Shown piece after piece: positions 1 through 8,774 of a stretch of DNA of 49,804 nt; position 1 is the first letter of the stretch, and the number at the start of each line of letters is the position of its first letter. The stretch is from Dehalococcoidia bacterium (GTDB lineage: Bacteria > Chloroflexota > Dehalococcoidia > GIF9 > AB-539-J10): assembly GCA_014859205.1 (NCBI GenBank), contig JACUUR010000003.1, positions 1 to 49,804 of the forward strand. Reading direction: 5' to 3'. The notes below the pieces were generated by a model. That model saw only the letters and a program-made list of their open reading frames with translations, ran no database searches and was not told where the DNA came from. The translations under genes and the position numbers were made by a program.

Positions 1-55
1 AACCCCCGACCTCTGCGATGCGAACGCAGCGCTCTCCCAGCTGAGCTATATCCCC
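1..55 (-). tRNA. tRNA-Ala(CGC), 3' end truncated by window edge
   Basis: Reverse complement reads GGGGATA-TA-GCTC-AGCTGGGA-GAGC-G-CTGCG-TT-CGC-AT-CGCAG-AGGTC-GGGGG-TT: acceptor 5' strand, D arm, anticodon arm with CGC, start of T arm. Confidence 0.95.
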
Positions 56-62
56 GTACACA

Positions 63-92
63 ATTCTAGCAATGCCGCAAGCTGCGGGTCAA
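63..92 (-). promoter_or_regulatory. sigma70-type promoter for tRNA-Ala
   Basis: Minus strand TTGACC-18 nt-TAGAAT with extended TG, just upstream of the tRNA 5' end. Confidence 0.6.
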
Positions 93-104
93 GTTGACCG
101 CGCC

Positions 105-133
105 TTGCCCCTGCACTGCATCACTGCTATACT
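105..133 (+). promoter_or_regulatory. sigma70-type promoter for gatB (near-leaderless)
   Basis: TTGCCC-17 nt-TATACT with TGn extension; ATG only 11 nt downstream and no Shine-Dalgarno. Confidence 0.55.
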
Positions 134-144
134 GAACGTCAGCT

Positions 145-1581
145 ATGACCTATGAGACCATCATCGGCCTGGAGGTCCATGCCCAGCTACTGACCAAGAG
201 CAAGATGTTCTGCGCCTGCAGCGCCGACTATGCCAGTGCCCCTCCCAACACCTTTGTCTGCCCCATCTGTCTGGGGATGCCCGGCACCCTCCCCACAATC
301 AACGAGAGGGCAGTTGAGTACACCGTGATGACTGCACTGGCGCTGAACTGCAGCATCCCTGAGACGACCCGGTTTGACAGGAAGAACTATTTCTACCCCG
401 ACCTGATGAAAGGGTACCAGATTTCCCAGCGGGACCTCCCGATCGGCAGGCAGGGCTGGCTGGCCATCGAGAGCGGTGGAGGCAGGAAGAGGATCAACAT
501 CAGCGATGTTCATCTGGAGGAAGATGTTGCCAAGCTGCTGCACCGGGCGAACTGCAGTCTGATAGACGTCAACCGCTCCGGGGTGCCGTTGATGGAGATC
601 GTCAGTGAGCCCGATCTGAGGTCGCCCGACGAGGCCCGGGACTACCTCATCGAGCTGCGCCACATCCTGCGTTACCTGGGCGTGTCCACGGGCAATATGG
701 AGGAGGGGAGTTTCAGGTGTGATGCCAACATAAGCATGCGGCCGACGAATGGCGGCAAGCCGCTGCCCAAGGCCGAAGTAAAGAACATGAACAGCTTCAG
801 GTCGGTGTTTGAGGCGCTGGAGTATGAATCGCGCCGGCAAAGGGAGGTGCTTCGGGCAGGTGGAGAGCTGGTGCAGGAAACCAGGGGCTGGATCGAGGAG
901 AAAGGCACAACGGTGACCCAGAGGGTTAAGGAGGGTGCCGATGACTATCGGTATTTCCCGGAACCGGACCTGCCGCCTCTGGCGCTGGACCCGGCCTGGA
1001 TAGCAGAGATAAGGTCGAGACTTCCTGAATTGCCCGCAGCCAGGAAAGACCGGTTCGTATCGCAGTACGGCCTCTCTCTGTATGATGCCGGGATATTGAC
1101 CGACTCCAGGGCCATGGCCGACTACTTCGAGAATTGCCTCAAGGTTATGGACCCTGGCAGGGCGAAGACCGTAAGCAACTGGCTGCTGGGTGAGTTCAGT
1201 CGCCTGTTGAACGCTACCAATACCGGGGTGGAAAATGCTAGAATAAGCACGCAGCATCTGGCCGAGATGCTGGACCTGATAGATAGCGGCGCGATAAGCG
1301 GGCCCACTGCCAAGGCGGTGTTCGAGGAGATGTTCCGCACTGGCAAGAGGGCCGGCCAGATCACCAGCGAGAAGGGGCTAGCCCAGATCAGCGATGCGGG
1401 GGAGATGCGGGAGGTAATAAGGCAGGTGCTAGCCGACAATCAGGGCGCTGTGGCGGACTATGCAGCAGGGAAGGAGCAGGCCCTGACGTTCATGATAGGA
1501 CAGGTGATGAGGGCAACCAGAGGCAGGGCCAATCCGGGCCTGGCGAGGGAGCTTATCATACAGGAGTTAGGAGGTAAATGA
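145..1581 (+). CDS. gatB: Asp-tRNA(Asn)/Glu-tRNA(Gln) amidotransferase subunit B
   Basis: IGLEVHAQL, DRKNYFYPDL, NRSGVPLMEIV, GSFRCDANIS, YRYFPEPDL motifs; C-terminal Yqey domain. Confidence 0.98.
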   Translation: MTYETIIGLEVHAQLLTKSKMFCACSADYASAPPNTFVCPICLGMPGTLPTINERAVEYTVMTALALNCSIPETTRFDRKNYFYPDLMKGYQISQRDLPIGRQGWLAIESGGGRKRINISDVHLEEDVAKLLHRANCSLIDVNRSGVPLMEIVSEPDLRSPDEARDYLIELRHILRYLGVSTGNMEEGSFRCDANISMRPTNGGKPLPKAEVKNMNSFRSVFEALEYESRRQREVLRAGGELVQETRGWIEEKGTTVTQRVKEGADDYRYFPEPDLPPLALDPAWIAEIRSRLPELPAARKDRFVSQYGLSLYDAGILTDSRAMADYFENCLKVMDPGRAKTVSNWLLGEFSRLLNATNTGVENARISTQHLAEMLDLIDSGAISGPTAKAVFEEMFRTGKRAGQITSEKGLAQISDAGEMREVIRQVLADNQGAVADYAAGKEQALTFMIGQVMRATRGRANPGLARELIIQELGGK

Positions 1582-1582
1582 A

Positions 1583-1801
1583 TTGCCTACGAGTTTTTTC
1601 GTCGCCCAGATACTGATAGCACTGGCACTGATTGCCACCATATTGTGGCAGCTACGTGGTGGCGGCATAGGCGGTATCTTCGGGCAGGCCGACTCAGTGT
1701 ATCGAACCCGGAGGGGCATTGAGAGCACCCTCTTCAAGCTGACCATAATCCTGGCTGCAGTGCTGGTTGTGTTCGCGATTCTGGCTGCTGCTCAATTCTA
1801 G
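1583..1801 (+). CDS. secG: preprotein translocase subunit SecG
   Basis: 72 aa, two hydrophobic helices around a Gly-rich loop (QLRGGGIGGIFG...RTRRGIE); TTG start with GGAGG RBS. Confidence 0.9.
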   Translation: MPTSFFVAQILIALALIATILWQLRGGGIGGIFGQADSVYRTRRGIESTLFKLTIILAAVLVVFAILAAAQF

Positions 1802-1810
1802 TATCAATAG

Positions 1811-2650
1811 ATGGGTCCTCCGATAACCCTGACCACCGATTTTGGCTATGACGATGCCTACGTTGGCGCGATGAAGGGCGCTATCCTGAGTGTCAACCCC
1901 GAAGCCAGCATCATAGACATCAGCCACTCCATCGAGCCGCAGAATGTACTCCAGGCCGGGTTCATACTGAGCGCTGCCTATCGCTCCTTCCCCAGGCAGA
2001 CCATCCATGTGGCTGTGGTAGACCCCGGGGTGGGCAGCGAGCGCCGGGGAGTCATACTCAAGACGTCCAACGCACTCTTCGTGGCCCCTGACAACGGCAT
2101 CCTGAGCTACATTGTCGATGACCTGTCTCCACTTGAGGGTCGTCCGCGCATGCGGGGGGCGGGTGAACTCAAGGAGATAGTGTTCAAGACAGGCGTGGAG
2201 GTGGTGTCCATCACCGACCCTCGCTTCTGGCGACATCCGGTGAGCCCGACGTTTCACGGCAGAGACGTTTTTGGTCCGGTGGCAGCCGGCCTTTCACTGG
2301 GCATCTCCCTGTATGAATTCGGGGAGAAGGTCAACTCTTTGCACGTACTCCCGCTGCCGAAGCCGTCCCTTGATGCCGAGGGTGTTCTGGTGGGGCAGGT
2401 CCTGCACATCGACCGTTTCGGCAACCTGATTACCAATATCAGAAGCTGTGACCTGCCCGGAAAGGAAGTCGTGATCGAGATAGCCGGGTACTGTATTCAG
2501 GGTATCAGCACCTACTACGCCCAGAAGGAGGGGACAATGGCCATTGTAGGCAGCAGCGGCTATATCGAGGTCTCCCTGCGAGGGGGCAGCGCCTGCGACT
2601 TCCTGGGCGCCATAGCGGGCGACGAGGTGAAGGTGACGTCGGCCGCATAG
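1811..2650 (+). CDS. DUF62 SAM hydroxide adenosyltransferase / chlorinase-fluorinase family protein
   Basis: ITLTTDFG, VVDPGVGSER, APDNG, TFHGRDVF, IDRFGNL motifs. Confidence 0.92.
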   Translation: MGPPITLTTDFGYDDAYVGAMKGAILSVNPEASIIDISHSIEPQNVLQAGFILSAAYRSFPRQTIHVAVVDPGVGSERRGVILKTSNALFVAPDNGILSYIVDDLSPLEGRPRMRGAGELKEIVFKTGVEVVSITDPRFWRHPVSPTFHGRDVFGPVAAGLSLGISLYEFGEKVNSLHVLPLPKPSLDAEGVLVGQVLHIDRFGNLITNIRSCDLPGKEVVIEIAGYCIQGISTYYAQKEGTMAIVGSSGYIEVSLRGGSACDFLGAIAGDEVKVTSAA

Positions 2651-2666
2651 TGGGCGAACGTCTACC

Positions 2667-3500
2667 ATGTCCATCCGCATAGTCACTCTGAGCGAGAATA
2701 CAGCCGGGAGGGTCAACCTGCTGGCCGAGTGGGGACTCTCGATTCTGGTCGAGGTGGACGGGTGCAGGATTCTATTCGACACCGGGCTGACCTGCTCAGC
2801 AGCATACAATGCCATCGCCCTGGGAGTAGACCTGTCGCAGCTCGACCGGATAGTCCTGAGCCATGGTCACCTGGACCATACCGGCGGGCTGCTGCGCATC
2901 CTCAATATGATCAAGGGCGAGGTAGAGGTGATCGCCCACCCGGATATCTGGGCACTGAAGTATTCAAAGCCCCCTCAGGGATCCGAGCACTATATAGGCA
3001 CGCCTTTCCGCCGGGAAGCGGCCGAGACGCTCGGTGCCGATTTCAAGCTGACCAGCGAACCCGTGTGGCTCAGCCAGAACACCGTCACCAGCGGTGAGAT
3101 AGCCATGACTACCGAATACGAGGACACCGGCTCGATGTTTTATGTCAAGGAGCAGGGTAAACTGAGGCCCGACCCACTGCTGGACGACCAGGCGCTGTTC
3201 GTTAAGTCCGACAAGGGCCTGATCATAATCCTGGGCTGTGCGCATCGGGGAGTGGTTAGCACCATAAGGCATGCCCAGAAGCTAACGGGGTTAGAGCAGA
3301 TCTATGCAGTTGTAGGCGGCACTCATCTGATCGGGGCTTCACCAGAGCGACTGGATTCAACGATTGCCGCATTAAAGGGTGCCGGCGTGAGGATGCTGGG
3401 GGTATCTCACTGCACAGGCCTGCCCGCATCCGTCATCCTGGCCCGGGAGTTCGGTCAGGCTTTTTTCTTCAACAATGCCGGTACCCTGGTCAACCTCTAA
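2667..3500 (+). CDS. MBL-fold metallo-hydrolase (MJ0448/dihydropterin synthase-like)
   Basis: AEWGLS, LFDTG, SHGHLDHTGG, GCAHRG, GGTHL, SHCTG motifs. Confidence 0.9.
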   Translation: MSIRIVTLSENTAGRVNLLAEWGLSILVEVDGCRILFDTGLTCSAAYNAIALGVDLSQLDRIVLSHGHLDHTGGLLRILNMIKGEVEVIAHPDIWALKYSKPPQGSEHYIGTPFRREAAETLGADFKLTSEPVWLSQNTVTSGEIAMTTEYEDTGSMFYVKEQGKLRPDPLLDDQALFVKSDKGLIIILGCAHRGVVSTIRHAQKLTGLEQIYAVVGGTHLIGASPERLDSTIAALKGAGVRMLGVSHCTGLPASVILAREFGQAFFFNNAGTLVNL

Positions 3501-3701
3501 GAGTTGCTCCGATGTCAGCGCCGGCAGGCCCTCCGATTGACAGCGACCGTTCATGTATCGGTCGTCTTCTGCCCCACACCAGGCTGGCTGGATTCGTCGG
3601 TCGCGGCCGATTATGATGAGCCCTGTGGTCACTCGAACAGCGCAAGACTCGCCTCGTTCGTGAACGTCAGTGCGAATATGCCGAACTATATACTTGCGGA
3701 C

Positions 3702-3730
3702 TTGACAGAGATAAAGTGCAACGTTACCAT
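3702..3730 (+). promoter_or_regulatory. sigma70 promoter of ars-type operon
   Basis: TTGACA (3702-3707), 17 nt spacer, TACCAT (3725-3730). Confidence 0.75.
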
Positions 3731-3751
3731 ATATGCGGATATTCGCATATA
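3730..3751. promoter_or_regulatory. putative ArsR operator palindrome
   Basis: TATATGCGGATATTCGCATATA, a 22-bp near-perfect inverted repeat over the predicted transcription start just upstream of arsR; a partial copy TGCGAATAT lies at 3671-3679. Confidence 0.75.
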
Positions 3752-3777
3752 AGGATGCAGCGGTTCATCAGCCGACA

Positions 3778-4146
3778 ATGAAAGATCTGGTGAAGGCCTT
3801 CAAGGCCCTGTCCGACGAGACCAGGATCAGAATCCTGAAGGTCTTGCTAGAGCGGGAGTGCTGCGTTTGTGAAATCATGCAGGCGCTTGACATCTCCCAG
3901 TCTCGTACGTCACGCAATCTAAGCGTACTTGAGAACGCCGGATTCGTGAGGTCCAGAAGGAATGGCCTGTGGAAGGTCTACTCGATCAATCAACAAGAGA
4001 TGGGCAATCATGCCAACCGGCTGACTGAATGGCTGCGGGGCGCCGCCATTGACGAGCAGGTCGTACGGCAGGACAGAGAGAGGTTGAGTCATGCGGTGCG
4101 GGTGGGACCGAAAGCGGTGCCCGGGCGACGAAATCCCAAGCATTGA
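3778..4146 (+). CDS. arsR: ArsR/SmtB family metalloid-sensing repressor
   Basis: FKALSDETRIRIL...ECCVCEI...SQSRTSRNL winged HTH with vicinal cysteines; start placed at ATG 3778 because ATG 3733 lies inside the operator. Confidence 0.9.
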   Translation: MKDLVKAFKALSDETRIRILKVLLERECCVCEIMQALDISQSRTSRNLSVLENAGFVRSRRNGLWKVYSINQQEMGNHANRLTEWLRGAAIDEQVVRQDRERLSHAVRVGPKAVPGRRNPKH

Positions 4147-4159
4147 TTGAGAGTTCAGA

Positions 4160-5266
4160 ATGGGCATTGCGGTCGGAATTCTCAGGGGCGGGCTGGCCGA
4201 GTTGGCCGAGTACTTGCTGGCCCACTTCGTGACCTGTCTGATTCCAGCCTTCTTCATAGCCGGAGGCATTAGCACCTTTCTCTCGCAGGCAGCAATCCTG
4301 AAGTACTTCGGCCACGGGGCCAATAGATGGCTCTCATATGGCGTAGCCTCGGTGTCCGGTACTGTCCTCAGCGTGTGTTCCTGCACGGTGCTGCCGCTCT
4401 TTGCCGGCATATACCGTGTAGGCGCCGGGCTTGGTCCGGCAGTCGCCTTCCTCTATTCCGGACCGGCTATAAACGTGCTGGCGATAGTGTGGACCGCGAG
4501 GATTCTGGGCTTCGACCTGGGAGTTGCCCGGGCAGTCGGTGCGGTGGTCTTTGCTGTGGTGATCGGAATGGTCATGGCCAGGGTGTTCTGCAAAGAGGAG
4601 AGAGAACAGGCGAATGCAGACCTGGCCATCGCTGCAGCAACCGGCGGCATCAAGGGATGGCAGTCGGCGATTCTTCTGTTTAGTCTGATAGGGATCCTCG
4701 TCTCGCTGGCCTGGGGGATCAGGATAGTACCGGAGAAGAACATAGAGACGTGGGCGCTTATTACAGGAGTGGACGTTGCGGTGAACCCCGTCGCGTCCTC
4801 GTTCGCCGGGCTGTTCCTGGTGGCGCTTGCCGTTCTGCTTAAACACTGGCTCACACGTGAGGACATCATGGAGTGGCTCAGAGCAACCTGGTCCTTCTTC
4901 AAACTCGTCGTGCCCTGGCTGCTGGGAGGAATCTTTGTCGCGGGGATGATAGGGGTGGTGCTGCCCAGTGAATGGGTAGTGCGCATTGTGGGCGGAAACA
5001 GCCTGCCCTCGAATTTCATCGCTTCGTTTACCGGCATGCTGTTTTACTTCGCCACGTTGACTGAGGTTCCCATCCTCAGGACGTTCATGGATGCGGGGAT
5101 GGGCAAGGGCCCCGCCCTGGCACTGCTGCTGGCAGGGCCGGCACTGAGCCTCCCCAGCATACTGGTGCTGCGGCGCGTCATGGGAACCAGAAAGACGGTT
5201 GTCTACGCAGGTCTGTCCGTGGTCATGGCCACGACTACCGGATTCATATTCGGGCTTTTGAGATAA
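4160..5266 (+). CDS. ArsP-like (DUF318) permease
   Basis: Polytopic membrane protein with CLIPAFFIAG, VCSCTVLPLF, LYSGPAINVLA, YFATLTEVP, LLAGPALSLP motifs; follows arsR. Confidence 0.88.
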   Translation: MGIAVGILRGGLAELAEYLLAHFVTCLIPAFFIAGGISTFLSQAAILKYFGHGANRWLSYGVASVSGTVLSVCSCTVLPLFAGIYRVGAGLGPAVAFLYSGPAINVLAIVWTARILGFDLGVARAVGAVVFAVVIGMVMARVFCKEEREQANADLAIAAATGGIKGWQSAILLFSLIGILVSLAWGIRIVPEKNIETWALITGVDVAVNPVASSFAGLFLVALAVLLKHWLTREDIMEWLRATWSFFKLVVPWLLGGIFVAGMIGVVLPSEWVVRIVGGNSLPSNFIASFTGMLFYFATLTEVPILRTFMDAGMGKGPALALLLAGPALSLPSILVLRRVMGTRKTVVYAGLSVVMATTTGFIFGLLR

Positions 5267-5282
5267 TCGAAGGAGGTGCAAT

Positions 5283-5528
5283 GTGAAGATCGAGATTTGC
5301 GGACCGGGTTGTGCCAAGTGTCACGCCACCGTGGACAATGTGCGCAGGGTGGTTCAAGAACTGGGACTGGAGGACACGGTGGAACTGGAGGAAATCAAGG
5401 ACATAGTGACCATCAGCAAGAAAGGAGTGTTTCTGACCCCTGCGGTTGTCATCGATGGTGTGAAGGTCTCCGAGGGCAGGATCGCCAGGGATGAGGAGAT
5501 CAAGAAGTGGCTTGAGGAGAGAAGATAA
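5283..5528 (+). CDS. small redox-active disulfide protein (MTH895-type thioredoxin)
   Basis: MKIEICGPGCAKC...GVFLTPAVVIDG; AGGAGG RBS, GTG start. Confidence 0.9.
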   Translation: MKIEICGPGCAKCHATVDNVRRVVQELGLEDTVELEEIKDIVTISKKGVFLTPAVVIDGVKVSEGRIARDEEIKKWLEERR

Positions 5529-5530
5529 GA

Positions 5531-5797
5531 ATGGTAGAGACGAAACCATGTTGTAATGCTGCCGCGGCAAGGATGGTAGGCAGGCTGGTTCTGCCGGACG
5601 GGTCTGAGGTAGGCATCCGGAACCTGGAGGGCATCCTCAAGGAGGTCGCCGAACTGAAGTTGACCGACGACGGTTCCATCAGGCGGGAATTGCTGAAAAA
5701 GGTGAAGATCTATAACTATGTAGCACCCGGTGCAGAGACAGATTACTCCGATGCATTGTTCAGTGAATATGAGAAGCTAGCTGAGAGGGACAGGTGA
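5531..5797 (+). CDS. small hypothetical protein with N-terminal CC pair
   Basis: Tightly packed in the operon; MVETKPCC...VGIRNLEGILKEV...KIYNYVAP. Confidence 0.75.
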   Translation: MVETKPCCNAAAARMVGRLVLPDGSEVGIRNLEGILKEVAELKLTDDGSIRRELLKKVKIYNYVAPGAETDYSDALFSEYEKLAERDR

Positions 5798-6018
5798 GCT
5801 TATCCACACAGGAGCTTGAACACAGACTGAGGACAGCTGAGGACAGGTTCACCCTCTCGAAGCTGAGGGAGGAGATCGACGCTCTCATGCAGAGTCCTGA
5901 GTTCCAGCAGCTTTCCCAGAGAGACAAGAACCGCGTTGAGGACTTGCTGGTGGAACTGCTGGCCAAGGAGGAGCAGTACAAGGGGTGTGATCCCTTCAGG
6001 GCCATCCTGGGACAGTGA
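5794..6018 (+). CDS. small helical hypothetical protein
   Basis: GTGA overlap with upstream gene; charged helical 74 aa ending YKGCDPFRAILGQ. Confidence 0.7.
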   Translation: MSLSTQELEHRLRTAEDRFTLSKLREEIDALMQSPEFQQLSQRDKNRVEDLLVELLAKEEQYKGCDPFRAILGQ

Positions 6019-6084
6019 AGGCCGCAAGGCACTAAGCTTGCGGAAGGTGAAAGCCGGGAAACCAGAACATAAGGAGGCGCAACA

Positions 6085-6531
6085 ATGGCAGAAGCGAAAC
6101 ACGCCGAAGAAGGGATGAGGACACACGAGAACGTGATATTCTCGTGCTACGGTGGCTTCTCGAACACAGGCATAACCAGCGCGCTGGCCTGCCTCGAGGC
6201 CGTAAAGGAATTGGGTCTGGAAAAGGCGGCAATAGGGTGTCTGGCGGCGCTACCCCTGGGGATCAAGCCTGTGATAGGTAAGGCGGCGGCGGCCCAGCGG
6301 ATCGTCACAGTGGACGGCTGTCCCTCTGAGTGCGCCCGGAAAACGGTCGAGCAGGCCAACCTCTCGCTTACCACGAGCATCGTGCTGACAAGGGATATAG
6401 ACATGAAGAAGAAGCCGCTGCATGAGGACATCGGCCAGGGTGTCAGGGGAGTTATGGAGTACATTTCGGACGACGAAGTGAAGAGGGCAAAAGAACTGAT
6501 AATAAAGGCCATATCGGATGGTGCCAACTAG
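6085..6531 (+). CDS. DGC-domain putative zinc-binding protein
   Basis: IFSCYGGFSNTG, GCLAAL, VTVDGCPSECARK motifs; AAGGAGG RBS. Confidence 0.88.
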   Translation: MAEAKHAEEGMRTHENVIFSCYGGFSNTGITSALACLEAVKELGLEKAAIGCLAALPLGIKPVIGKAAAAQRIVTVDGCPSECARKTVEQANLSLTTSIVLTRDIDMKKKPLHEDIGQGVRGVMEYISDDEVKRAKELIIKAISDGAN

Positions 6532-6628
6532 CGGTGATCGATGGGCGCTAGACTACAGTGTCGCCCATGAAAGGCGCGATGGTATCTGTTTCGCCCCCCG
6601 GAGTCAGTTCAGTGGTAAGGAAACGACT

Positions 6629-7465
6629 ATGCTAAAGGTGAAACCGGCGGATGGCTATCCTCCCGAGGAGGGTCGCTATGTGAGGGGTAACGATTATTCC
6701 CCCGTAGCAGTCTGCGTAATCCTGGACACCTTTGACTTCAAGATACCGCCCGAACTGAACGGGCTTGTGATGGCAGGAGCGGACACCGGTGCCGCCCTCT
6801 CAGGCATGCTGCAGACAGAGAACATAGGCATGGAGAAGATGATCTGCAATATCGCGGCTAATCCGAATATTCGCTACATCGTGCTGTGTGGAAGGGAGTC
6901 AGCCGGGCATCTCCCGGGGCAATCGCTGATGGCGCTCAAGCTCAACGGTGTCGATCAGGGAAGGCGTATCATTGGCACCGAAGCTCCAACGCCACATCTC
7001 CACAATATTCCTGCGCAGTTGATAGACAGGTTCCGGAGTCAGATCATAGACATCGTCGACCTGCTATGTCAGCCTGGCGAAAGCGACACCGGACTCCCGG
7101 GACTAGATCCTAAGATGATAGAAAAGGCAGTCTGGAGCTGCTATCAGGAAGAGCCGGTACGATTTCTACAGTATAGCCTCTATGACTTGGGGGCATACCC
7201 GGAGCCGCCGATACTCCATAAGCTGGCATCAAAGCTGGACCAGCCCCAGCAGGACATTATGCAGCCGGGCAAATCGAATCTGAACATGGGGCTCATGCTC
7301 AATAAATTCCTGCCCAGGACGAACTGCAAAGAGTGTGGACGGCGAACCTGCCTGGCTTTTGCCATCGACCTGGGCAAGGGTAAGGCCCAGCTTCAGGAAT
7401 GCCCTGTGCTGGATCAGCCCGAGTTTAAGGCTGACAGGGAGGCTTTGACCAAGGTCCTAGATTAA
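6629..7465 (+). CDS. MtrA-like corrinoid protein fused to a C-terminal putative Fe-S (CxxCxxxxC...C) domain
   Basis: KVKPADGYPPEEGRY, TENIGMEKMICNIAANPNIRYIVLCGRESAGHLPGQSL match the MtrA family including the cobalt-ligand His; tail LPRTNCKECGRRTCLAFA...CP. Start placed at ATG 6629 (AAGGA RBS). Confidence 0.85.
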   Translation: MLKVKPADGYPPEEGRYVRGNDYSPVAVCVILDTFDFKIPPELNGLVMAGADTGAALSGMLQTENIGMEKMICNIAANPNIRYIVLCGRESAGHLPGQSLMALKLNGVDQGRRIIGTEAPTPHLHNIPAQLIDRFRSQIIDIVDLLCQPGESDTGLPGLDPKMIEKAVWSCYQEEPVRFLQYSLYDLGAYPEPPILHKLASKLDQPQQDIMQPGKSNLNMGLMLNKFLPRTNCKECGRRTCLAFAIDLGKGKAQLQECPVLDQPEFKADREALTKVLD

Positions 7466-7577
7466 GCTACGATGACACCTTTGAATTGGGACTGCGTTTG
7501 GACAGCCAGTTGCGTCAACTGGTTCCCGGTGACGCAACGGGTTCAACATGGGCCCCGATCATGCAGAGGGGGCAAAG

Positions 7578-8630
7578 ATGGCTGAGAAAGAACGAAAGCT
7601 CGGTATCTGGGGAAAGTTCCTGACCTTATGGGTAGCGCTGTGTATCGTTGCCGGGGTCGGACTGGGATATCTGTTCCCGGGGCTCTCGGAGTTGCTGGCC
7701 CGACTGGAGGTGCGGGGCATCTCCATACCTATCGCCATATTGCTGTTTGCCATGATCTACCCGATCATGGTGCAGATATGCTGGGAGGAGATCCGAAATG
7801 CATTTCGTTCACCCAAACCGATCGGCCTTACCCTGTTTGCCAATTGGGCCGTCAAGCCTTTCACCATGGCTCTGTTCGCCTGGCTATTCCTGAGCGTGAT
7901 CTTCGGCCGCTACCTTACACCTGAGCAGGTCGAGCAGTACCGCGCCGGAACGATACTGCTCGGCGTCGCCCCGTGTACGGCGATGGTGCTGGTCTGGAGC
8001 TACCTGGCCAGGGGCAACATGGGGCATACGCTGGTGATGACCGCCATAAACTCGCTGAGCATGGTCGTGCTGTACGCGCCTCTGGCCGCTCTGCTCCTGG
8101 GCATCTCTGGCGTGACGGTTCCCTGGGATACCATAGCCCTTTCTGTGGCGTTCTACATCGTGACTCCACTTGTAGCCGGCTTTCTAACGCGCAGGTGGGC
8201 GATCCGACGGAAAGGGCTGGAGTGGTGCGAGTGCACCCTGGAGCCCAACCTGGGGAAGGTCTCTATAATCGCGCTGCTGGTAACACTGGTTGTCCTGTTC
8301 ATGTACCAGGGCCACATCATCGTGGAGCTACCAGCCGTGGTGGGCATGATTACCGTGGCTATACTGGTGAACATTCTGGTGGTCTTCGGCATTACCTATC
8401 TGGCGGCCCGTGTCATGAAACTCAGATACGCCGACGCAATTCCGGCCGCCATCATCGCGGGCAGCAACCACTTCGAGGTGGCGATCGCCGTGGCTACGAC
8501 CCTGTTTGGAGTGGCCTCGGGAGCAGCCCTGGCTACAGTGGTAGGCGTGTTAACTGAGGTGCCAATAATGCTTTCTCTGGTGGCGATTTCGCTGTTGACC
8601 AGAAAGACCTTTCCTAAGCATCTGCGCTAG
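7578..8630 (+). CDS. acr3: Acr3 family arsenite efflux transporter
   Basis: LTLWVALCI, MIYPIM, NWAVKPFTM, APCTAMVLVW, SNHFEVAIAVA, VGVLTEVPIM motifs. Confidence 0.95.
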   Translation: MAEKERKLGIWGKFLTLWVALCIVAGVGLGYLFPGLSELLARLEVRGISIPIAILLFAMIYPIMVQICWEEIRNAFRSPKPIGLTLFANWAVKPFTMALFAWLFLSVIFGRYLTPEQVEQYRAGTILLGVAPCTAMVLVWSYLARGNMGHTLVMTAINSLSMVVLYAPLAALLLGISGVTVPWDTIALSVAFYIVTPLVAGFLTRRWAIRRKGLEWCECTLEPNLGKVSIIALLVTLVVLFMYQGHIIVELPAVVGMITVAILVNILVVFGITYLAARVMKLRYADAIPAAIIAGSNHFEVAIAVATTLFGVASGAALATVVGVLTEVPIMLSLVAISLLTRKTFPKHLR

Positions 8631-8686
8631 GATCGGATCGCTGCTTACTATACCGGAGAGGATTGCCTGCGGAGTGTACGGATTCT

Positions 8687-8715
8687 TTGCCTGATCATGA
8701 CGTGAGTGCTAGAAT
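8687..8715 (+). promoter_or_regulatory. putative promoter of the Ig/PKD-like protein cluster
   Basis: TTGCCT-17 nt-TAGAAT with TGn extension, 60 nt upstream of the 8775 start. Confidence 0.55.
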
Positions 8716-8774
8716 ATTGTGTCGGGCAGGTACGGTGGGTCGGCGACCGGCAAGACTCTGCAGGAGATATGGTG

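Noticed and set aside
1-145. tRNA-Ala as integration site for the accessory block
   Set aside because: The tRNA 3' end points out of the window, core genes separate it from the block, and no duplicated tRNA fragment or integrase was seen.
187-1257. Long antisense or alternate-frame ORFs (e.g. 187-1257, 4334-5317, 13680-14480, 16224-17357, 26805-27884)
   Set aside because: They overlap well-supported genes, have no recognisable motifs and are typical shadow ORFs of high-GC coding sequence.
1811-2650. Fluorinase or chlorinase activity
   Set aside because: It keeps the Asp/Arg/His-type motifs (VVDPGVGSER, TFHGRD) typical of the widespread DUF62 SAM hydrolases, and no halometabolite cluster is nearby.
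6016-6043. UGA of the 74-aa ORF followed by hairpin CCGCAAG-GCACTAAG-CTTGCGG as another SECIS
   Set aside because: The stem starts 3 nt after UGA and the loop at +11, unlike the +12/+19 geometry of the three Ig-tail elements, and no Cys homolog is visible. Worth only a homolog check.
6629-7465. Calling the corrinoid protein HgcA, or evidence of methanogenesis
   Set aside because: It lacks the HgcA N(V/I)WCA motif and TM domain, and no other mtr or mcr genes are in the window.
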